From positions 1-35,472 of the forward strand of contig NMRA01000915.1 of assembly GCA_002633005.1 (NCBI GenBank): a stretch of 35,472 bases of DNA. The letters are read 5' to 3'. This stretch comes from Phoronis australis (Eukaryota > Animalia > Phoronida). The number at the start of each line of letters is the position of its first letter. Positions within the stretch are counted from its first letter, which is position 1. Below, piece by piece: positions 12,001-24,000 of the stretch. The notes under the pieces were generated by a model. That model did no database searches. It was not told the DNA's origin and was given only the letters and a program-made list of their open reading frames with translations. Position numbers and translations under genes: made by a program.

Positions 12001-15000
12001 TTTTGGACCCAGTGTGACGGCATGTCTATTCTTATTTCTGGGTCCAAATTGCGTCATCTACTGCCATGACTCGTCATCACTAAACATCCGTACAGTAGAA
12101 GCGGGCATTTTGGGAAAGATTATAAACTAATGCTACGTGGCAGTGCAAAGTTGAGACCTCTTTGTTATATCGAATAACATGTACAGCAACTATCACACAA
12201 TGGATCTACTCCTCGATGTTCCCATGGTTGAACGCCAACGACATTTCCCTACCAAAATGAGATGATATCTTTAGTCGCTTGTCTGTAGCCTCCAGGCAAA
12301 CGCTTTTGCGCCTTTGGGTTCGCACCACGAAATCCATAACGTGGCCCAGTCAAGATGAAGCGTGACGGTCGTGATTAAATATAAACCAATCGTTTTTCTA
12401 TGCTATACAGTACATTATCAGTGCAAAGCGAGGCTGAGCGCGCAATCTCTTGGCTCACAACTTGGGTAACTATCGTGTTGGTACACGTATGTAGTGCGAG
12501 ATGATATATGGAGCAAGAAAAGTAAAACATTTGTTCGCGGTTGTAGAGTAGTTGTTGATTTTTGGGCCTTCGAGAGCGCGCGCAATCTCGCTTTAACCGA
12601 CTTTAATATCGGCTAAAGCGCCGTTACAAAATGACTGAACGTATATACACGATTTTGAATTACTGTAATACTATTTACAAAATAAAGTTCTTAACACGAT
12701 CTCCATTAAAAACGCAAGGTACAGATGATATGTTTCGCTAGAATTACAGAGTTTGAAGATACTGGGCAACTGACAAAGGCGTACTGGTATTTAGTTGCAG
12801 TGGTTCAACAAGCCTTATCCACCGTGAAATGTCGTAATCCTAGGTCTGGATTCTAATCTCCGAACTCGAAAGCGAACTCGAAATAATTTTCGACATTTTT
12901 CGTTCTACCTTAACACGAACTTAAAGATGCATTGTCTCATTAAATTGTTAATATGCAAGTGAAGTACTAGTTTACAAACAACTTCGGGTCCTCCAGTGTG
13001 CGGGTCCTCCAATGTTACGATTACAATCTCGCAAAATAATATTTCGTCGTGGCAGGCGAACACCGGATGCCGGCCACCGACCACTGAGGTCTGACTACTT
13101 GGCCGACACTCCTCACGGTGACCACAACGAACGCATTCGTTCTGTAATTTCATTTTGCCGTCACCTTGGACAATATTCAGCATCATGCAATTTTGCGTCT
13201 CAGCGGGTAGTGCAAATTCTAGGAATTTGCACACACTTCTCGTCCTGTCCACAATTCTTAGGACGACACGGGAATCCTTGGGAAACCCCCATAACATTGT
13301 CGCTACCATAATGAAACGAGGTACAGTTTTTATTATTATTTGTTAATTTCAGTATTGAACAACGATTGCTTAATATTCGGAATTATTAGGGTTTTTACAT
13401 ATTCACAGTTGTTTTTAAGTGTATCGGTTGTGGTGTTTTCTTTGAAACCGCAATTTATTTACAAATTATTTCTTTTCCTGGTTATACATGTACTTGTACA
13501 CTCAGTTCTCCAGGTAGTCGCTAAGTTAGGCTTGCTACAAAATTAAATGTCGACGGTTTTAATGAGACAGCATCTTCAAAATATGTGTCTAATACTGAAT
13601 ACAATATGGTTTGTGCAAATGAGTGTCGCGTCCAAGTTCAAACTTCATTACTACTAAACTGAACTACAAACTCGTATAAAAACTCCGAATTTCGAGTAAT
13701 AATGACTCGACCTTTCGAATTCCGACTCTAACTTACAATTAATTTAATCCTCGGGTCATCAGATGCAAATTAGGATGAGAAAGTCATCCACGTAATCTAT
13801 GATTGAACTCTAACACAGATTAATAGACACTGATCTTGAGTTCGCACAAAAATAGAGCACAAGGGGATACGTCAAAAATCTCGAGTACAAAGCTTAGAAA
13901 CCGGGTCCTGGTATACTTTTGCGGAATAAGCGTAGGCACACACTGTTGCATTACCTTAAAGGCGAAGGCAACCTTTTTCCATGTCATTTTGAGCTAAAAT
14001 AAGGTTGGTTTCTTATCCTAGAAATATTTTCCGCTTAATTACAGCTTTTCGTAATTTTATTAATTACTCGTCCGCTACTCCGGAAGTGACGTTTTAGGAG
14101 GCAAGCATTTCGATCCAATTTCTTTTCATATAATCTGACTGTGAGAGCTGCCGAGTCAGTCATTGTTCTGCCTCGGTTGTGTTAAGTTCAGTCATCGTTT
14201 GCTTTCATTTACTAGTCAGTCAGCCTGCCACACTGTTGATGCGTACCAGGATGTACTATTTATCGGCTCACGCGCGCTTTGGGAATACCTTTGCATCGCT
14301 TTCCGATGGATGACACACTTCGCCGTACTTGGCTCGTTCGTGTGAAGAACGCAGCGTTACCCGTCCACGCAACGTACAGTGGAAAATTAACCGTGTGTGT
14401 GGCAAGCACTTTCTGCCGTCCGATTACGAAAGGGATTTGTACGCTGAACTGATGAAGGTCCCTGCTAAACAACGTCTGAAGAAGGATGCCATTCCGTCTG
14501 TGTTGATTCCAGGCAGTGCCCCGTCGCCACCCCCGAAAAGTGCGTTTTTGAAGCGAGAAGCCTCGCGAGCTGTGGCCAGTACAGTGACTGGAGCCAGTGG
14601 AGGCACCCGTGCCTCCGAACGTACCCCAGAGCGTGCAATTCCTGAAACCAGTAGTGATTCGCCCTGTGCTGTTTTCTCCAGCCCAGAGCCTCTAGGCAGC
14701 CCTGCAGCGATATTGAGTAGTGGGAGTGATTACAGGCTCAGTTCGACACCCAGTGAAGAGTACAGTTCGTCGTCCAGTGAACAGATCGGTGAGCCAAACT
14801 TTGATAAGTTTATTGTGGACGTGTCTAAAGTGTTGGAGCTATTTAGAAGGTGCCAGGTGTGTGGCGAGGGAGTCACACGACACGATGTAAGCAGTTTGGG
14901 TGCTCAAGTTACCATCCAGTGGGAGTGTGTCGCGAGACACTCTGGCAAATGGTACAGTTGTTCCTCTGTCTGGGGTGTGCCGGAGGTCCACTTAACCATG

Positions 15001-18000
15001 TCCAGTAGTGGCTTGGCCTCGTTGAACTCTGAATAGCACAAGCATTCCATTGAGGTAGGCATAACAACGCACACAGTGCATTTGCACCAAGATGTTTCAC
15101 CACGTCTGTCCTCAGTAGCCGCCTCGTTTCTATCAACAGCTGCCAGTGCCTGTACGTACTCTGCCTCGTTATACTCGGGCTCAAACATGTACCCACCCAC
15201 TGAATGTCCGTGAAAAAATTCCTCGTCACCACTGCTGTGAACAAGGTCTTGGCCGTCACTCACACTACTGTCCCTGTGATACGGGTCACCGACTCCAGCC
15301 ATTTTCAGCTTACAACACACTAAACAATCCCTAAATCCAACGTAGTTGAGTTCTCTACTAACCTATCTTGCCGCAGAATACTCGCCGATGGAAAGTGGTG
15401 GCGACAATTGTTGAAAAACAGCACAAAACAACAGTAGAATAGAACAGATTCGCACGGTAACGTCAACGCAAAACCAAGTGGCGGGAAACGCTTGCCTCCT
15501 AAAACGTCACTTCCGGAGTAGCGGACGAGTAATTTATAAAAGTACGAAAAGCTGTAATTAAGTGGAAAATATGTCTAGGATAACCAACCAACCAACCTTA
15601 TTTTAGCTCAAAATGACATGGAAAAAGGTTGCCTTCGCCTTAAACCAATATGCTGTCGTATTTAAAGCTGCATTACACCTTGTTTGGCTGACTAAAATAA
15701 AAACTGAATTAGGCCTTTTAATCTTAAAAAATGGTCTCGTAATATTCGTTACCGTGATAGGATTCTTTTTCCGCTACCATCAGAGCAACCCTGAAACTGC
15801 GAATTTCAATGGCGCATGTGCGCGTTGTCTATGGCTTGAGCTCGTAACGGATGTAAAATGCTGTCACAGTAAGAAGCATTATGAGACTCATTTTATAAGA
15901 ATGAATGGATTAATTCTATTTTCGTTTTTAGCTAGCAAAACAGAGCGAAGTGCAACTTTACTATTGCGATAACCGCTTAAGTTTCATACCTTGTAACTAG
16001 TTATTTAATGACTTGAAAATTTCTGATTTGGTTTCATCTGTTTGTTACTTAGCACGTGATTTCTAAATATTTTGAATGCAATTTAGAAATTTTCCGAAAA
16101 TGTTAAAAGATGCTTTGAGGAACACCAAAAGACAGTTTTGATAGATTAAAAATAGTAAAGGTCGCCATAATAGTTGGTAGCTTTCAAATGAAACCAGGGA
16201 CGTTCTGCAGATGATGACTGGCAATGGTGGTAAGTCAGTATTTCGATGCGATTCAATAGCGGGCTAGTAACAAAAACATGACCTGATGACGTCACGAACC
16301 GCCATTGTATCTGATTGTTACTAGAAAGTTGTTGAACAGGTAGGAGTTGCATTCGTTAGAGCTAGGAACCAATGTTGGTTAGAGCTATACACTATTTGGC
16401 ATTAAATTGCTTTCGCAGTACAGAATTTCTTTAAATTGTGCCAAGTCAATCATTGTCACCATTCGTCATTGTGAAATGTAAATAACATATTAAAAGTCTA
16501 GGGAAAATTTTCCATTAAGACTAGAAACTGAGCTTATCTCAGATAAAATTGTGAATAGAAGCCGAGTAGATTAATAGAACAACAACCAATTCTGACTGAG
16601 GTGATTAGATACATCAGTACTTAGATTTGTGTTTATCTGGTCAATGAGGGAACCATTATGTACATGTACTTCAATAAGCAATTAGCCGTGTCTCAGTCAT
16701 CAGGACACTTTCGGTTCCTTTAAGGTTGTGTTCCGTAGACGCAAGAATCTCGCAAATAAAGCTAGGCGGTGTAGTCACGTGCTTTGCTTGGAATGCATGG
16801 CGATATCTCGCGAAGTTTTGCGTGAACTTGCATTTTTATGAAGTTTTCGCATCTAGGAAACGGTGCCTCGATTAAGCCTTAAACATGCCACCCCTTCCGA
16901 TTTCACGAATATTTCATTCGTTTTCGTATTCTGTACCAGCATTCATTACAGGTGTACAAGAACTAGAATTTATTCAAACGTGTTAGACTCTACACGTTCC
17001 CAAAATTGTCGGCGGTGTCATTTAACAGGCATGTTATCGGTGGTGCTTTCCAAACACGCAAAGCACCCTCGAGCAAAGCCAGTGTGATCATGTGCTTCAC
17101 TTGTAATGCATGGCAATAACTCGTGGAGACTTTCACTATCATCTTGATGTTTCGCGAGTGCCTACGCAACGCATCTCATGTTACAGTAGCCGACAAGGTA
17201 TCGAGAAGCGAGTATTTGAATACTTATGTAGACGAGACAACATAACCTTAAATTTGCGTTGAGACAAACATGGTAGGACAACTGATGCCCCATGAAATCA
17301 CTGGAGGACTAACATGTACAACATACATATACGGTATTAGAAGCAATAAGCGGGGGGGTCATTTACCATAGGGAAAGCTGTCGGGATTGAGAAAGCAATA
17401 CTTACTACCGGCATCTACATAACATAAATATATAAAGCATATTTCAAAGTAACGTTATGACACTTCTGTAAAATCATGTTTGTAAAATAGTTGTAACCCC
17501 TGCTCGAAACAGAATATTACACGATCTGTCAGTCTAATTACGCCATTTCTATATTACTATTATATACAGCCACCTCCAACCACCAAAATTATTCATAACT
17601 TCATTGCAATAGAACTATATCTAATCAACGGTGGTTATGCAGAAGTACCATCAGACAAAAACGGGCTCTCCGTACCAATATGAAACAAATTATTACAATA
17701 TGTCACGACTTCATGTGACGTTTTCATGGATAGTACTAAACTGAGTTAAAATCTAGTCACGAGCTCATTCTAAATAAGGGTATCTAATTCATTTTTGCAT
17801 GACGTCATCAATGATAACTGAACCTACGACTGGCTACCAACAATATATTACATTTTCTCTATTCATTTATCTATTGTCTATATGTGATCGCACACAGATC
17901 CTTCTGAAAGCATGTCACAATCAGAGCGTAAACAGTTATATTTTGGTGCCTAAATGTCGTGAGGAAATTCAAAATTATCAATGAATCTATTTGTTGCAAA

Positions 18001-21000
18001 ATAGAAAATGGTGAAAAACTGGGAGCTTTAAATCGTATCTTGGGAGATGAGCAACTAGAATTTGAAGTTGCATATGACAAGTGAGGCTAGCCTGCTGAAT
18101 TCGAAGCTGCAATTTGCTAGATTGTTTCATCAAATCCTACACCGCAAAGAATCTTTCATTTTTCGTTAAGTTGGTAGGCCCCGGCGGCCGTCTTCGAGAT
18201 GATTTCCAAGTTTTTTGTAATACCTAGTTTCAATTAGATTTATTACAAGTGAAGACAAACAACAGCGTATAACGAACTGAGAAGGATCGAGGCTCTACAC
18301 CAAACTGATGAAAATTGTCGCTTAAATACTGAGCTTTACAATATTCAAGCTCCGGTAAGCTGTACCGCCAATGGAAATCCGAACTAAGGAGACACAAACC
18401 AAGGAGGAGTAATGTGAAATTTCCCGTAAATCAGATGCGCTATAGTAGTTGAAGCATAAAGACTTGCTACAGTGTACAGAAGCAATTGTACGACATAGCC
18501 ATCTCGTGGAAGATTCTAGAAAGGATCTTGGCAAGGGCAAGGGTTAACGAACCGGAAGTTAACTAAGAGCTTGTCACTTGCATTGTGGGTACTAAGATAC
18601 TACCTGAAGTGTTGCGTCATCAGCCAGAGACTGTGACCAGCAAGAAGATTCGCGGGTAGAAGAAATTGCATGCAAGTGTTGCATCACCAGAGACGGTTAC
18701 CAGCAAGTACACTGTCGTTATACTGTGTGTGTGTAGTTCGAAGATTCACCAACAGGACAGACATCTAACAAGTGGAGAGTCCTAGCTTGGATAGCAGATA
18801 AGACATTTGATCGTTTGGTTGTTTGATTAAACTAATCTTTAAAGAGGGCGCTAGCGTAGTTTCTCTTTGTAGTTGATTACTTAATTCACAATAGGTTTCA
18901 TTTGTCTAATTAGGGGTTATCATATAATAAATTAATTACTGGATTTCATTATTCACTCTCCATCTATGCACAACTTCAAAGCATAGCTACCTTTTAAACA
19001 AACCCACACAGACAATCGTCTGACAGTATGTTTAAAAGATGCATTTGGCATCCATTTCTTCCGAACGCAAATACAACATGCCACTAGTACAGCGTACAGA
19101 AGCGAAAATCAGACACACAATGTCAAAGCTAATAACTACAATTCATGCATGCTTCAAAAATGAATCATGAATTGCAACTCTTGTTCCATTTCGGTGCAAA
19201 AATAAAAGAAAAGGCTTTGAAGAACGAAACTTGGCACGCAAGGACGACAAAGGTAACGACACAAATACAACAATGGTGATGACAACGATGCACATGAGAC
19301 CAAGAGCGACAACGATCTCGAAGGCAATGGCACCGCCAAAGACCCTGACAATGACATCAACATTGACAACACCGCCAACAAGGCTGACAACAATGCTCTT
19401 GCCAACGGCAGTATTAACACCGCAGACAATATCGGCAAAGACGACTACGCCTACGATAATGTGAAGCCTGCGTTACTATTGATAAGAGCAACGTTGACGA
19501 TCCGAGAGCGCCACCAGTTTAGCTGACAACACCGTCGACAACACTGCATGACACAATAAAGAGATATTTTGAAAAATGCCCGTACCTCTGGCGTCCAATC
19601 TAACTAAAATGCAACACATTTTTAGATGCAAATAAGACAATTATTGTGTGCAAGTTTCGTGACAATCGAATGAAAAATGAGGTGTTTGTCGTGAGAATGA
19701 TTGGAAAGGTCTTAACAGAACTCGTATTGTTCTCAAATCCTAAGACGGCTACCACAAGCCTGAGTGACTGACGTTATAGCGTCTTACCAAGGTAATCAGA
19801 AAATCTCGAATAACTCGAGTCGTAACAAGAAACAAATACCACACTGGTAGCTCTTGACGAGATCGATTCAAATACCAAGTTCCAGAATGATCCTTCAAAG
19901 GACGCCAGAGCTTTGACACGGCAGATCAAACAATAAAACAATAGCCATTACAGCCCTAACTTTAGTCCAGCCAAGAACAGCAGACCTCTAGCTCCTTCCA
20001 GTTACGCTCTAATTTCATGTCGATGAAACAAGAATTGCGCACAAAATAACTTCATGCCAGAGCAATAAACTTGGCAAAAATTCGCCAAGTAACAACAGTA
20101 CAATATACATGTATACATATGTATGTGTTCGTACATAACGCTTGAGTACGTTGGCAACAATTGTCTTGAATAGTATTGCTTCTGAGGTTCTAACTTCAAC
20201 ACAGTCCTCTCGTAACTTCTTGATGATATACGCCCTTGTGTATACGAATAAGCAGACATAGATTCAGACGTGGACGCAAATGACTCGGGAACCGTAAATA
20301 TGAAAATTTCAGCAGAACATGGGCAGAACATGATCGCAAGCTCAGAAAGTGTTACTAATCTGTGTAAGAAACTAGATGCGACCAGTTTTGTAACAAGTGA
20401 CAACATGAATTGAAATAAGCCTGTTGACAGAAAGGTTGACAGAAAAGTTGTTTGTAGAATTTTGAATGAGTCAAAAATTCATCATGATCAACAGAAAATC
20501 TTCACTTACCAATCGATTTCTTTGCCTTTTCATTCACCATTTGCCTAAGTTTTTCTTGGTCGTATTTCCGCTTGGACTTCGACAATGCTTGTTTGTTGAT
20601 TTTATTGGTTATATAGGCAACAAGTATGCAAACTGAAATACATTGGGCTCGCAATTTAAGGACGAAGATATTCAAATGACTAATTAACTAGCAAGGCTGG
20701 TGATTTCTTTTTAAATTTGCGGGATCTCACAAGATCTGCATCACCCTAATGTAACGCAAGATGCCGTCTAGGGTTGCGTTCCGGAGACGCAATACACTCG
20801 CGACGAAGCGCGATAACGCAAGATCACACCAAATCATGCGCGTGAGAAGAGTCACATGTTTCGTGAGTACGCTCGGAACTTTACTGGCGTACACTTTCTA
20901 ATGATTTATAGGCGAGGCTGGGTTGTTGATTATTAATTCTCGGTTTCCATTGGATTTCTCACTGCTAGTGCGTCCCGAGTGTGTTGCGTTTACGGAGCGA

Positions 21001-24000
21001 TTCCCGAATTCGACTACAAGCACGTTCGCAACCTTGAAAGTGCACACTGCCGCCACTGATGGGACGGTTATGACGGAATATTGGATTATGGAGACGATAG
21101 TACCTAACTGCCCACATAACACACAATTTCCGTCGCATAAGTCAAAATTTCTCGTATCTAACATCAATGAATGCACTGGACGCTCACATTCTTAAAGAAT
21201 GAGCTGACTTATGAAATTTACTGCGTCAGCTGAGACCACAAGGTGACACGAACTGGCATATGTCAACAGATTAAACGAAACAGGCCAAAATTTTGACTTT
21301 AAAAGGACCTTCGGAATCCTTAATTTCTCACCGAAAGGAAATATGATAAGGGCGACGATAGATGCGATGTAGGAGAACTCGCTGGTGACGAAGTAGTCAT
21401 AGTTCCGACGTGATGTACAGCGTAACTCGACATGCTTGTTGAGTTCGTCTACTGAGAAGGTTTTGGCGGTACACGGGTCGCCTAAAATTACAATGATACT
21501 TTGGATGTACAACATGGATGCACATTTATGGTGGTTTGTGCAGCAACTGAACATGACGATGATTGTTCCTCGCACGTGCTCTATTGTGTGTAGTTTTTAT
21601 GTAGCACATTATAAAAGACTATGCAAACTCTTAAGATTGTTCTAACTAAAATAGGAACTTAAATAGACACGTCCAGTTCTCTGTGTATGAAAGACTCCAT
21701 GTCTGTACGCTGCTGCATACTTGTGTCAAACCCTGAGGGATAGGAGATAGAGGTATTGATGTCGGATAAAATAAAGCCTCGAGGTGTCGATGCTTACCAG
21801 GTGTGTGATAAAACACGTTGCTGCTGATTTTTCTTATGCCCATTACGTCTGACATCACTTTACTCAGGGTGTATGTCTTTATTTCAGCTATTTCTGAATC
21901 TGTGAATAATCTGCAGACAAAAGAAGGATACACTGTTGGCTTTTTTGGTGAATGCACCTAAAGTTGCCTAAATTTTAATGTTTATGAATTGGATTAGAAA
22001 AATGACACGTTTGTCTCAGGCATGAAAACAGTTAAGTCTACATTTTCTGAAGTACGAACAAAAGGCAATTTGAAAACATATTGATGCAGACGAAATCTCA
22101 CCCATTTTGCTTATTCTCAAACCAAAACCTATCCGCGTTCCTGAGCCTGATAAACTGCTCCTTCAACACATCGGTGAACAACTTGCAGAAGTGTCCGTTA
22201 CGCGTCTCCATCATTCCACCCGTGAAAACATCGACACTCGACATGTTAGGGTAAAGGACATCAAATGCACCAACCAGCTGAAACAATGTAGTGTGATATT
22301 CTCAACCTCATCCAACAGTATCAGATTCTCCAAAGTAAAATAACAAAAGTCAATGGAATAAATGTTTTCGATCTTGGTTAGTTAAACGTACAGATTAAAG
22401 CTAGGCTGGGTATTCACTCTCTTGGTTTACGGATTGTACAGTTGCAGATTCGAGGTGACCTTAAGCGTCCTGTTGTTCAGTTTTTCAAATATCTAGATTT
22501 GTTGTATTTTCCCTAGCCACTATTCGTCAACGTATAAATGCGTCGTTATCGTAGGACGGTTTGGGAATTTGCTCCCACTGCACGTTTTTCGCAAAACAAA
22601 ATTAGTTCATATGTATGTATGTATGTATATATGTACCGGCCCTAGATCTTTTACGTAAATTTGTCCATCTATCCTGTCAAGTCCCAGATATAATTTAGTT
22701 CCTAGACAACACATTTTACATGTTTTCAATATTACTTGTATTTAAGGCTTAAAATTCCGAGGGCCTACTAGGCCCCTCATAGGCATAACTGATACACCTA
22801 TCATTGGTTTCTGAACCAATTTAGGGAATTGTTCCTTACGTTTGGATGTGATTCCGTCACATTGAAGACTGGCTGTTCTTCGCCACACCAAAGAGTTCTT
22901 ACAGTCTGGTAGTCTGCGAGACCAAAATCTCTTCCACTCATCAGTGTAAACGCGATTGCGTCAACGCGAGAATCGTGTAGCGGTCCGAAGTAGCTATCTG
23001 CACGATAAGTGAAAAGTGATAAACGTACCATATTGCGAATGCTAGTTGAGAGACGGGATTCATGGGAATCTCCTTATTTGAATAACAATCCAAAGTTTCT
23101 GGAAAAAGTTTCTTCTCATGCTCCAGATGTCGGTTGTGTTCTGGCAAATAAGCAGCATCGTTGTTCGAATGAAGAAAACTACGTTAAACACTCCTTTAAG
23201 TCGTCCAGTTCCTGTTAAGAATGTGGGTGGACCTTCCTACCAGTTCGCCATGTGATATATCTTGTAGACATGCAAATGTATCGTCTACATGCTTGTTTCT
23301 TAATATGCAGAAGGTGGGCCACTATCATATGTCTGCGCCTCGGTATCAGCATGGCAGCAGTCAGATTGGGTTATGCGCGCGCACATCTTTGTTTTCATGT
23401 CGTGCTTTAATTTACAGTGATCTGTTAGAATTTGATCACACGTCCAGCACCCAATTTGCCGAGAGTCAGAAACGGTTGGACTGTTACTACAGTAGGATAA
23501 ATCTCCAAGTGTTGGTTGGCGCCAGTGTCAAATTAGGAGCTTTTTCCTTCTGACAAACATTGTCAAACGGTCACTAGGTTGCAAAAACAAGTAAAATTTA
23601 TTGCAATTTAAAATACTACGGAATTACCTCGAAAATCCTCAACAATGCACGTGTCTTCCTTTTCAGCTTTCTGTGACGCTAGTCCTGCTAAGACTTGTTC
23701 CACTTCAATTTTTTTCTCTTTGAATAAAATCTGAAACCGTAAACATGAACGTCACTTTTTTCCTACTTGCTAGTCGCGCAAGCACATGGTTTGGATGTAC
23801 AGTACAAGCCAGGAGTGTCCAGACAAAATAACTCGGAATACCCCGTCATGACGGCTGAGCGGAAGCCGAATTTGACGTCCTATGTTGCAGTCTTCTCGCA
23901 TGATTAAAAACAAGGGGAATTAACAGGAAAGTTAGTAAGGTTGCTAAGCCATTCTGTTAGAATTTTGGGGCCCTAATCGTTATCACCACTAATCTTTGTT

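Larger units (their letters stand above)
13960..15640 (+). mobile_element. Internally deleted Kolobok-superfamily DNA transposon
   Basis: TIRs of about 150 bp (13960-14111 / 15485-15640), AG...CT ends, TTAA on the left and (T)TAA on the right, THAP transposase N-terminus on + and a convergent Cys-rich KolX-like N-terminus on -. Confidence 0.85.

Noticed and set aside
11791-12208. Decayed palindromic MITE
   Set aside because: Only patchy inverted matches; ends and TSD could not be defined
12792-12861. tRNA or tRNA-derived SINE head
   Set aside because: Only weak A/B-box resemblance and no cloverleaf
14329-15036. 235-aa ORF as an intact host THAP gene
   Set aside because: It lacks the THAP N-terminal cysteines (upstream frame has a stop and frameshift), lies inside TIRs and ends in antisense KolX sequence
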